Shown: positions 16,336-23,771 of the stretch, piece by piece
Numbering within the stretch: position 1 is the stretch's first letter
Layout: each line of letters begins with the position of its first letter
IMG/VR virus record: IMGVR_UViG_3300032301_000344
Location: 1-30,908 of that record
DNA from: a virus
Lineage: Duplodnaviria > Caudoviricetes
DNA: 30,908 nucleotides
Strand: one strand, 5' to 3'
Notes under the pieces: model-generated
Seen by the model: the letters and a program-made list of their open reading frames with translations, nothing else
Told to the model about the DNA's origin: nothing
The model's database searches: none
Made by a program: the position numbers and the translations under genes

Positions 16336-16543
16336 AATTGATGTGCCTATAACCAAATGGTCAATGCTTGTTTGGAAAAACACAAAGGAGTTGCCAAGAG
16401 AAAATGAAAGAGTTCTTATGGATATTGATGGTGAGGTGCTTGGCGGTCGTTTCGTCTCTGGTCAGTTTGTTACTAAAAGCTGGACTGAAAGTGAAACAAA
16501 TGTTCGGATGTGGGCGGCATGGCCTAAAGCACCCAAATGGTAA
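16322..16543 (+). CDS. DUF551-like small phage protein
   Basis: W....ELP..NERVL and W..WPKAP pattern; SD GGAGG. Confidence 0.55.
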   Translation: MSAIEIDVPITKWSMLVWKNTKELPRENERVLMDIDGEVLGGRFVSGQFVTKSWTESETNVRMWAAWPKAPKW

Positions 16544-16692
16544 GTTTCCTTTTATATACCGCCAAGATTTTGTGGGAGGTATTCATTATGGGCATTGGCT
16601 TATTTGCCGCCTTTCTCACAACATTGTTCTTGGCCGAGATATTCTTGGATTTAGTAAAAGACTTAATCGAAAGGATTAAAAAAATTAAATGA
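16537..16692 (+). CDS. Small membrane protein, 51 aa (not in ORF track)
   Basis: MVSFLLYTAKILWEVFIMGIGLFAAFLTTLFLAEIF...; fills the gap and overlaps both neighbours. Confidence 0.55.
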   Translation: MVSFLLYTAKILWEVFIMGIGLFAAFLTTLFLAEIFLDLVKDLIERIKKIK

Positions 16693-16898
16693 GCGTTAAG
16701 CGTTTATTGTTGGTGGACGAGTTTCACCGGGTTGTATCTAAAAGACTTAAAGAGTTGTTTCGGGATTTCGACCATGCAAAGAGGGAAAACTATAAGGACA
16801 TTGTGAGTCACTTGGACTATTCCCATCGTATCACTAAAGAGCTATTAGAACGAGCAAAGAAGTATCAGAAACGAGACCTAGAGGCCAAGAAGAAATGA
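16689..16898 (+). CDS. Hypothetical protein
   Basis: ATGA-coupled on both sides. Confidence 0.65.
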   Translation: MSVKRLLLVDEFHRVVSKRLKELFRDFDHAKRENYKDIVSHLDYSHRITKELLERAKKYQKRDLEAKKK

Positions 16899-17623
16899 AG
16901 TTGCCGTGGATTAAATTCTACGCATCGGATTGGCTTTCGGACGAGGCCGTGCGGTCTTGTTCGGTGGAAGCTAGGGGGCTTTGGATTGATATGATTTCGC
17001 TTATGGCAAAGTCTGAAATTCACGGCCACCTATTGATCGGCGGCAAGCCAGCACGAGCCGAACAACTGGCAAGAATTGTTGGCCTAACCACGGAACGCAC
17101 GATGGCCTTGATGGACGAACTGCACTCCTCCGGGGTGTTCTCATTCGACAAAGAAACCATTATTTCACGCCGAATGGTCAAGGATGAGCAAGGTCGTAAG
17201 TCAGACGCTACTAGGCAGATGCGTAAGCGTCACGCCGATGTCACGCCGATGTCACGCAAATGTCCAGACGATGTCACGGGGCAGAAGCCAGAAGCCAGAA
17301 GCCAGAAGCCAGATATACATACAAGGGCTGATCGCCCTATTCGTGCGGAATGGATTGCTTATGCAAAAGAGATTGGGTGGTCGGGTGCAGATGTGGAAGG
17401 AGCTTTTGATTATTACGAAAGCAACGGATGGAAGGTCGGCGGCAAAGCTCCGGTCAAAGATTGGAAAGCGTGTGCCAGAAATTGTCAGAGACGAAACCAA
17501 ACCAAACCAATGAAAGGAACCCAACCAATGAAGAAAATAGTCAGTCAATGCGAGAGCCTACCCACCTATAAGGTGATGGGCTTTGCAACAAGAGAAGCGT
17601 GGGTGAAAGCGGGTTGTCCGTGA
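16895..17623 (+). CDS. Replication initiator (YdaU/DUF1376-like N-terminus) with internal iterons
   Basis: PWIKFYASDWLSD...ARGLWIDM N-terminus; FDYYESNGWKVG...KDWKA C-terminal domain; central repeats. Confidence 0.8.
   Translation: MKLPWIKFYASDWLSDEAVRSCSVEARGLWIDMISLMAKSEIHGHLLIGGKPARAEQLARIVGLTTERTMALMDELHSSGVFSFDKETIISRRMVKDEQGRKSDATRQMRKRHADVTPMSRKCPDDVTGQKPEARSQKPDIHTRADRPIRAEWIAYAKEIGWSGADVEGAFDYYESNGWKVGGKAPVKDWKACARNCQRRNQTKPMKGTQPMKKIVSQCESLPTYKVMGFATREAWVKAGCP
17229..17313 (+). repeat. Putative replication origin: five 11-bp iterons plus four 7-bp repeats
   Basis: GTCACGCCGAT x2, GTCACGCAAAT, GTCCAGACGAT, GTCACGGGGCA at 11-bp phase, then CAGAAGC x4 (17282-17309). Confidence 0.8.
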
Positions 17624-18081
17624 GAGAGATCATCGACCTACCATTCAACGCTTTGGTCTATCGGGTTAAAGTGCTTGAGGAAAAACTCGTAGATCAAGCC
17701 AACCAGATAACCACACTTGCCAGCCAAATAGCCCACAATCGAACGGAAATGGCCTTAAAAGAGGCTAAAGAGGTCGAGGAAGGCATAACTACCATGTTGC
17801 AGATTCCAAAGGATTTAATGCCCACTATTGGCAAATATAGGGCAAGGAAGAACCGATCTTACGAAATCGTTAAGAAGCGTTGGGCTTTGTGGAAAGTGCA
17901 GTTTGAGTCTGGCCTTTCCCAAAACCAGATTGCAAAGGCTTGGGGTTGCGATCACGCAAGCGTTTCATACGCAAAGAAGCGAAACTTTGAGCCGAGGATT
18001 ACAAGAGGACGGCCACTCGTTGAGTTCCCGGTTAATCCAAGGACGGCGGCACAATCCAAAAAAAGGATGGGCTTAATATGA
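17620..18081 (+). CDS. HTH protein with DnaA domain IV-like motif
   Basis: LSQNQIAKAWGCDHASVSYA resembles DnaA S...IG..F..RDHTTV.HA. Confidence 0.6.
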   Translation: MREIIDLPFNALVYRVKVLEEKLVDQANQITTLASQIAHNRTEMALKEAKEVEEGITTMLQIPKDLMPTIGKYRARKNRSYEIVKKRWALWKVQFESGLSQNQIAKAWGCDHASVSYAKKRNFEPRITRGRPLVEFPVNPRTAAQSKKRMGLI

Positions 18082-18359
18082 TTGCGATTCACCAAGCAGA
18101 CCAGTTCGAGTTGCCATTTATGCGAACCACTCACCCGGTAAAGATCGAGGGCAACGAACAGAACGCCAGAATCCTAGCTCACTTGCAGGGAGGCCGAACT
18201 CTCACGGCTCTTGAGGCATTGGATTGGTTCAAGTGCTTTCGCTTGGCTAGTCGTATCCACGATCTTAAAAAAGCTGGATACGATGTGCAGAAGCGAATGG
18301 TAAAGACGGCAAGTGGCAAGAGCGTTGCGGAATACTATCTGCAATCGAGCAACTTTTGA
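18078..18359 (+). CDS. Winged-HTH protein (HTH_39-like)
   Basis: IL.HL..G..LT.LEA...F.C.RLASRI.DL...GY. Confidence 0.75.
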   Translation: MIAIHQADQFELPFMRTTHPVKIEGNEQNARILAHLQGGRTLTALEALDWFKCFRLASRIHDLKKAGYDVQKRMVKTASGKSVAEYYLQSSNF

Positions 18360-18378
18360 CTTCATATTGCCTAAATAA

Positions 18379-19239
18379 ATGAACGATATAAGTTCAAAAG
18401 CCGATGAACCAACGCACCTCGACTTATTTAGCGGAATCGGAGGATTTGCTCTTGCCGCTGGATGGGCTGGATTCAAAACCATTGGATTCTGCGACAACGA
18501 ACCATATGCACAAGCAGTCCTCAAAAAGCATTGGCCAGATGTGCCAATCCACGGAGACATCAAAACCCTCGATGGCACGGCATATCGAGGAGTCACTCTT
18601 CTCACAGGAGGATTTCCCTGCCAGCCGTTCAGTAATGCCGGGAAGCGGAGAGGCAAGGACGATGACCGCTATCTCTGGCCGCAAATGCTCCGAGTCATAC
18701 AAGAGGCAAGGCCAGATTGGATTGTTGGTGAGAATGTTGTTGGAATCATCGGCTTGGCACTCGACCAAGTGCTTTCTGATTTGGAAAAAGAAGGTTACGA
18801 AGTCGAAGCGATTATTGTTCCAGCTTGCGGTGTCGATGCCAACCACAGGAGGAACCGAGTCTGGATTGTCGGGGGGGGGGGGATGTGGCCAACTCCAAGA
18901 ACACCAAGCGGAGGGCCAGACAACTCGGCGAAACGCTTGCGACCATCGGGACATCGGGGAACAACAAATCTCTTGGGTGCTGTTCTGGCCAACCCCAAAG
19001 GCGAACAAAGTCCATCCAATGATAACAGAACAGAACAGAAAAAAACTATCAAGTCGCAACAAGGCGAATTTAGAGGAAGTCATTGCTGGGAATTGCGGGA
19101 AGGCAACTGGGCAACTGAACCCAGCGTGGGTAGAGTGGCTAATGGGATACCCTATGGGATGGACAGAATTAAAGGACTCGGAAATGCCATTGTCCCGCAA
19201 GTCGCATACCAAATCATCAAGGCAATAACAATGGTATGA
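18379..19239 (+). CDS. C5-cytosine DNA methyltransferase, main (alpha) frame
   Basis: DLFSGIGG (I), GGFPCQPFS (IV), ENV (VI), H.R.R.WIV (VIII), LGNAIVP (X). Confidence 0.92.
   Translation: MNDISSKADEPTHLDLFSGIGGFALAAGWAGFKTIGFCDNEPYAQAVLKKHWPDVPIHGDIKTLDGTAYRGVTLLTGGFPCQPFSNAGKRRGKDDDRYLWPQMLRVIQEARPDWIVGENVVGIIGLALDQVLSDLEKEGYEVEAIIVPACGVDANHRRNRVWIVGGGGMWPTPRTPSGGPDNSAKRLRPSGHRGTTNLLGAVLANPKGEQSPSNDNRTEQKKTIKSQQGEFRGSHCWELREGNWATEPSVGRVANGIPYGMDRIKGLGNAIVPQVAYQIIKAITMV
18404..19228 (+). CDS. Overlapping +1-frame (beta) polypeptide of the C5 methyltransferase
   Basis: Open for 274 codons inside the alpha gene; carries a WPTP repeat and motif IX-like LNPAWVEWLMGYPMGWT, which alpha lacks; start codon uncertain. 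Confidence 0.7.
   Translation: MNQRTSTYLAESEDLLLPLDGLDSKPLDSATTNHMHKQSSKSIGQMCQSTETSKPSMARHIEESLFSQEDFPASRSVMPGSGEARTMTAISGRKCSESYKRQGQIGLLVRMLLESSAWHSTKCFLIWKKKVTKSKRLLFQLAVSMPTTGGTESGLSGGGGCGQLQEHQAEGQTTRRNACDHRDIGEQQISWVLFWPTPKANKVHPMITEQNRKKLSSRNKANLEEVIAGNCGKATGQLNPAWVEWLMGYPMGWTELKDSEMPLSRKSHTKSSRQ
18871..18882 (+). repeat. G12 homopolymer inside the methyltransferase
   Basis: 12 consecutive G between motif VIII and the variable region. Confidence 0.9.
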
Positions 19240-19538
19240 ACCAGTTTCAAACACATAGCCAGAAAGCCACGGCCATTCTTTCAGAGCGTTACCCCGGTAA
19301 CGAGCTAAAGAAAATGTTTGGCGGTTCTAGGTCGCAAGACAGCATCGACATTTTGAGGGATGCGGTTCAAACCCTAATCCTAAACGGCATACCTACTTGC
19401 ACGATTGCCGAAACACTAAAGAAGAAGCAGGGAACAATTCAATATCACGCCCGGTGGCTAGAATCACACGGCAAGATCGAGCGATACAACGCAAAAGGCC
19501 ATTGGCGGCAAGCGGAGGTTATCAATGAAAATAAATAA
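19236..19538 (+). CDS. HTH DNA-binding protein
   Basis: GIPTCTIAETLKKKQGTIQYHARWL. Confidence 0.6.
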   Translation: MNQFQTHSQKATAILSERYPGNELKKMFGGSRSQDSIDILRDAVQTLILNGIPTCTIAETLKKKQGTIQYHARWLESHGKIERYNAKGHWRQAEVINENK

Positions 19539-20076
19539 GATGGAGCCAGAGCAGATTCAAAAAGAGATCGACAAGCTAAAGACTCCGATTGACAGATGTG
19601 ATGGTAAAAGAACCAAAGGGGATGAGTCCCCATCAAGGCGATTCCAGCATTTGTCTGATCGTCTGCACTTCCTCACTATGAGAAAAGCCCTAACCATACT
19701 TGCCGTCATCCTTCTTGGGTCGAGTCACGCCGCAAACATCTACATCGAGGCTCCAAAGCCACCAAAGAAAACCATCAAGGCCAGAATCACAGCCTATTGG
19801 CTTGGCGAGGACGATTATGGCTATAAAAGCTCAACTGGAAAACGGCTGGTTTCCGGTCGTTCTTGTGCCGTTGACCCTAAAATTATCCCATACGGAACGA
19901 CTTTGGTGGTTGAGGGCAAGCCATATGTTGCCCACGACACCGGGACGGCGGTAATTCAACGCAAGGCATCTGGAAAATCAAGGCTACCAGTTATCGACCT
20001 ATTCTATAAAACGGAGGCACAAGCTAGGCGAGAGCTTGCAAGGGTGGGTCACACGGCATTAGTCGAGGTTCAATGA
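19525..20076 (+). CDS. 3D-domain (MltA-like) cell-wall protein with signal/anchor sequence
   Basis: ITAY, AVDPKIIPYGT, DTG and IDLF Asp motifs; MRKALTILAVILLGSSHA signal at ATG 19678 (possible true start). Confidence 0.8.
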   Translation: MKINKMEPEQIQKEIDKLKTPIDRCDGKRTKGDESPSRRFQHLSDRLHFLTMRKALTILAVILLGSSHAANIYIEAPKPPKKTIKARITAYWLGEDDYGYKSSTGKRLVSGRSCAVDPKIIPYGTTLVVEGKPYVAHDTGTAVIQRKASGKSRLPVIDLFYKTEAQARRELARVGHTALVEVQ

Positions 20077-20603
20077 AGCACCAAGGCCAAGACCCGGCGG
20101 ATTCGATCTTGGCAAGCTACACGCCAGATATGGCGGAGGCCATTGATACCCTCGAAGATCGGGTCAAGGAGCGTTTGGCCCAGATGAAAGCGATGAACCC
20201 AGCAATCGACTTGAACCAGCTTGCCAAACTCACGGCGGAGGTAGTCGAGCAAACCATAAAATGCGAGGGCGATTCCCAGATGCTCCGTAATAAGCGAGAC
20301 GATACCTTGGATGAAGCGTTGCTGGCACTAGCCACCAACCGAAGCCCAGACAGCCTAACAGCCATCGCAAAACGCTACATCAATCCGACTACTGGCAAGC
20401 CTTACACTAGGGCGGCTATCTCCGCACGGCTCTCCGAGCTTACCCAGCGAACCGGGCTGGTGCTACGAATCCAGAGGTCGGAAAGAGTCCGGCAAATCTA
20501 CAAAGAACGAGCTTTGAGGGTGCATAAAAAACGGCGGGAGGAATGCCCAAAGTGGAACAAGGACGCTTGGATTAAGGGCATCAAATCGAGGAAGGCCAAA
20601 TGA
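20073..20603 (+). CDS. Putative transcription regulator with sigma-region-4-like HTH
   Basis: SLTAIAKRY...TRAAIS.RL HTH-like segment and ERVRQI..ALR; lies shortly before the packaging module. Confidence 0.45.
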   Translation: MKHQGQDPADSILASYTPDMAEAIDTLEDRVKERLAQMKAMNPAIDLNQLAKLTAEVVEQTIKCEGDSQMLRNKRDDTLDEALLALATNRSPDSLTAIAKRYINPTTGKPYTRAAISARLSELTQRTGLVLRIQRSERVRQIYKERALRVHKKRREECPKWNKDAWIKGIKSRKAK

Positions 20604-20890
20604 GACAAGGCTCCAAAGTGGTCTGCATCAACGACCAGTTTCCGACGGACATACTGCCCTTTTACACCAACCTACCCATCAAAGACCGCACCTACATCGT
20701 GCGGGACTTGGGCATTGGAGTAGCATTAAACGGCGAACCGGGAGAGGTTGTGGTCTATTTGGAGAGCCTACCCAACCCCTGCTCAACGACCCCACCCTTT
20801 CCAGAACGAGGCTTCAACGCTGAACGCTTTAGAGAGCTAGAACCACCCGCTGAAATCGAGGCCGAGGAATTGGCCGAGGCTACGGCATAA
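20600..20890 (+). CDS. Hypothetical protein
   Basis: G.KVVCI.D.F N-terminus; ATGA overlap. Confidence 0.7.
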   Translation: MRQGSKVVCINDQFPTDILPFYTNLPIKDRTYIVRDLGIGVALNGEPGEVVVYLESLPNPCSTTPPFPERGFNAERFRELEPPAEIEAEELAEATA

Positions 20891-20908
20891 CCAAGGAGAC
20901 ATCCCAAA

Positions 20909-21382
20909 ATGAGCGAGAAACAGATCGGAATGGAGCTAAAGAAAACGGCGGCCTTGCTGGAAAAAGCCAAGGCACAAGCCGTGCAGACAATGGCAGAAAC
21001 CATAAGTCTAGCGGCGGACTGCGGGGACATCCTACTTTCAGCCCGGAAAGAGGAGCTAGACATTGATGCAATCCTAGAGATAGCAGAAATAAACGGCGAG
21101 ATGGGTAGGCGGCTGGAGCGAGTAGCCAAGGCACGACCCTCCCTACAAGCCCCTGCACCGGGTCAGCTAAAGCAGTTGGCCTTATGGGCTGGCATCCTAC
21201 CAGACCCTATCGAAACCAGCACCCAGAAGCCCGAACAAGCGTGGCATAGCTACATCATCAAGGCTCGCCAATGGCTTGCCCGCAAGAGCGTTAGCCAATG
21301 GACACCAGCCCAACGCACCCAGTTCATCGAGGAGGCACGACCCATAGTGGAGGCTTACCGGGAGGCGGGTGGGGAGGCGTGA
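20909..21382 (+). CDS. Hypothetical helical protein (DUF3102-like N-terminus)
   Basis: SD AAGGAG; AADCGDILLSARKE. Confidence 0.6.
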   Translation: MSEKQIGMELKKTAALLEKAKAQAVQTMAETISLAADCGDILLSARKEELDIDAILEIAEINGEMGRRLERVAKARPSLQAPAPGQLKQLALWAGILPDPIETSTQKPEQAWHSYIIKARQWLARKSVSQWTPAQRTQFIEEARPIVEAYREAGGEA

Positions 21383-21641
21383 CACTAATGGGATATGCTA
21401 CTTACAAAAGTTGGTGCTTGCGTAAATCGTTAATAGACATTTGCCACAATGCTGTAACGCAATGCATAAATGCCTATAACAGCCCATACTTGCGACTTTT
21501 AGGTAAAATTATGCGTAACCCCTTAATGGTAGGAGACTTCTATATGCAATTTACCCTAGGATCAGGTTCCAAACCGCAAAATCTCCGTGCGAGTTGTAAG
21601 GTGAACATTTACATCAACATAGAAAAGCAGTAAAAACTCAT
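21383..21641. other. Non-coding region, putative cos/packaging origin with IHF-like sites
   Basis: Largest intergenic gap, precedes ParB-like/terS; TGCGTAA-N4-TTAAT at 21419 and 21512. Confidence 0.45.
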
Positions 21642-22106
21642 ATGACCTACCCTTGCCTAGTAACCAAGCGACTCGATGAACTCACGCCAGCATCGTATAA
21701 TCCAAGAAAAATTTCCAGCGATGCTTTGGGTCGATTAACCAAAAGCCTTTCGGAACTTGGGAACCTTCAGCCTATTACTTGGAACGCCAAGACCGGGAAC
21801 ATTGTCGGAGGCCACCAACGCCTAAAGTGCTATTCGGCACTTAATAAAGAGGAAGTTCAAGTCTGGGCGGTGTGGCTTGATGAACAGCAAGAGAAGGCGG
21901 CCAACATCGCATTAAATAAATTGAGTGGCGAATTTGATTTGCCAGCATTGAAAGATTTGTTTGAGGGATTAGATACTGGTGAGATTGATCTGGACATAAC
22001 TGGGTTCGGGGAGCTAGAAATAGCGGAAATGATGGAAGCAACCGCACCAGAGGAGGACGGCAAAGCCAGCGGGGAAAAGTGTGAAGCATGTGGCAAGCCA
22101 TTGTGA
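21642..22106 (+). CDS. ParB/Srx N-terminal domain protein
   Basis: L.PA.YNPRKI, G..QPI.WN..TG.IVGGHQRLK; C-terminal CxxC. Confidence 0.85.
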   Translation: MTYPCLVTKRLDELTPASYNPRKISSDALGRLTKSLSELGNLQPITWNAKTGNIVGGHQRLKCYSALNKEEVQVWAVWLDEQQEKAANIALNKLSGEFDLPALKDLFEGLDTGEIDLDITGFGELEIAEMMEATAPEEDGKASGEKCEACGKPL

Positions 22107-22109
22107 GGA

Positions 22110-22709
22110 ATGATTCGACAAGCAGATTTAGTTCAAAAGTGGGGAATGGACAAAGGCCAGATTTCAAAAATGGTCAAAGCGGGGATGCCTCTCACATCAG
22201 AGGCAGATGCCCACAGATGGAGGCTTGCCAATCAAAAAAGAGTAAGCCGACTGCAACCAATCTTGCCCCCATCTACGACCTCATCCGAGACATCCGAAAC
22301 CTCGGACTCCGAGTCACTCAAGTCGGAAAACTCGCTTGGCAGATTGATTCGAGCGAAAAGGGCAGAGCTAGTTGCCTACTCATTGGTTGCGAGAGCAAGC
22401 AGGGACGGAAACCCGGTTGCGATGAGGGCGGCGATTGCTGGGTGGGGCGAAGCAAAAAAAAGAGCAAGTGAAGCAGAAATGGAACACGCTCAATACTAGG
22501 AAGCCACAAGAGCCGTCATCCGAATGGACGAAGTTCGGGAAGTGTTCGGTAAATGGCTTGGCTCGATTAGGAATTTAATGGATGCAATGCCAGCATCGCT
22601 TTCGGCCAGAGCAAACCCAAGTGACCCGGAGTGTGCAAAGCAAGCAATTCAAGAGGGTATCGACCAAATCTTTGTGACGATTCAGAAAGCAGAGGGAGCG
22701 TTCAAATGA
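22110..22709 (+). pseudogene. Terminase small subunit (Nu1-like) interrupted by one in-frame TAG at 22497-22499
   Basis: N-terminal HTH (RQADLVQKWGMDKGQISKMVKAGMP), coiled coil; the same frame continues after TAG to TGA 22707-22709 (199 codons in total). Confidence 0.7.
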
Positions 22710-22834
22710 TTGAAACAATCTTGTGGGGAGCAAAAGTAGGAATTGGCCTAATGGTTGGGATTATCCTTGTTAAGCTGGTATGCATATTTTTATTCTGGGT
22801 GTTTGTTTTGGTGGCCTCATACTTCGACAAATGA
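22706..22834 (+). CDS. Small membrane protein, 42 aa
   Basis: ATGA overlap; almost entirely hydrophobic. Confidence 0.55.
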   Translation: MIETILWGAKVGIGLMVGIILVKLVCIFLFWVFVLVASYFDK

Positions 22835-22914
22835 ACGAATCATTTCTTCTTTTGCTTATCGGGATGGTGGTGATTTGCATTCTCGGCTCAATTCTGGACG
22901 ATATTCTAAAATAA
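22831..22914 (+). CDS. Small membrane peptide, 27 aa (not in ORF track)
   Basis: MNESFLLLLIGMVVICILGSILDDILK; ATGA overlap. Confidence 0.4.
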   Translation: MNESFLLLLIGMVVICILGSILDDILK

Positions 22915-22915
22915 A

Positions 22916-23485
22916 ATGGCTTTTTGCGTTAAAGTAACGAATCACATCCTAAACGCATCAAAAGACTATATTTCAAGAAATAATCTTGGACATAGGTGCG
23001 ATGGGTCGGATGGAACCGAAGAACAGCAATTAGTCGGAGTGATTGGGCAGAATATGGTCAATCTTATGCTTGGAAAAGAATTGATGACCGAGTCAGAAGG
23101 ATTTGATGGAGGAATTGATTGCAAAATCTTTGGAATTGGTTTCGATGTAAAAACTATGGGCAGAAGCGTTGAACCAAGGGTGGATTTTGTAAATAACCTT
23201 GTAGGCTCTCAATTTAAGTTTGATTCGGAGGCATATTTGTTTTTGAGCCTAAATAAAACGAATATGCTATTAACATTCTGCGGATGGTTGCCTAAAGAGC
23301 AGTTTTTATTAAAATCGTCATTTCATCAAAAGGATTCAATAAGAACAAGGACAGACGGAACATCGTTTAGAATGAAGGCAGATACCTACGAGATTAAAAA
23401 CAAAGAATTGCGTCATTCATCAAAAAGCTGGACGGATTTGATGAACGACATATCCTATTACGCAAATGAAACGCTCGCCACTTAA
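22916..23485 (+). CDS. Hypothetical protein, possible PD-(D/E)xK nuclease fold
   Basis: G.IG(Q) helix then DGGID...FDVKT; AT-rich. Confidence 0.45.
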   Translation: MAFCVKVTNHILNASKDYISRNNLGHRCDGSDGTEEQQLVGVIGQNMVNLMLGKELMTESEGFDGGIDCKIFGIGFDVKTMGRSVEPRVDFVNNLVGSQFKFDSEAYLFLSLNKTNMLLTFCGWLPKEQFLLKSSFHQKDSIRTRTDGTSFRMKADTYEIKNKELRHSSKSWTDLMNDISYYANETLAT

Positions 23486-23771
23486 ACGCAAAACTCCACT
23501 CAAGCGAGGCGGCAAGCTACGCCGAGTTTCTAAAAAGAGAAAAGGCCAGAACGAAGTCTATAGGGATGTGCGGGAGAAGTTTCTTTCAAACAACCCGGTC
23601 TGCCAAGTTTGTCGATGCAAGATGGCAAGCCAAGTGCATCACCGCCGGGGTAGGTTTGGCGATAGGCTGAACGAGACAGAGTTTTTCTTGGCCGTGTGCT
23701 TTGAGTGCCATCATAAAATTCATCAGAACCCACAATGGGCTTATGCCAAGGATTATATGGTTAAGAGATGA
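23466..23771 (+). CDS. HNH endonuclease (terminase-associated)
   Basis: CQVC, VHH, LAVCFECHHKIH; lies between terS and terL. Confidence 0.85.
   Translation: MKRSPLKRKTPLKRGGKLRRVSKKRKGQNEVYRDVREKFLSNNPVCQVCRCKMASQVHHRRGRFGDRLNETEFFLAVCFECHHKIHQNPQWAYAKDYMVKR

Noticed and set aside
17229-17313. CRISPR-like array, or a diversity-generating retroelement anywhere in the window
   Set aside because: These repeats are contiguous without spacers; no cas or reverse transcriptase gene and no TR/VR pair was seen
15384-19254. Long minus-strand ORFs (15384-16220, 18424-19254) and other antisense ORFs
   Set aside because: Shadows of well-supported + strand genes; no recognisable motifs or start signals
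21298-21633. 111-aa ORF across the putative cos region
   Set aside because: Overlaps the upstream gene by 85 nt, has no motif, and spans a region better explained as regulatory DNA
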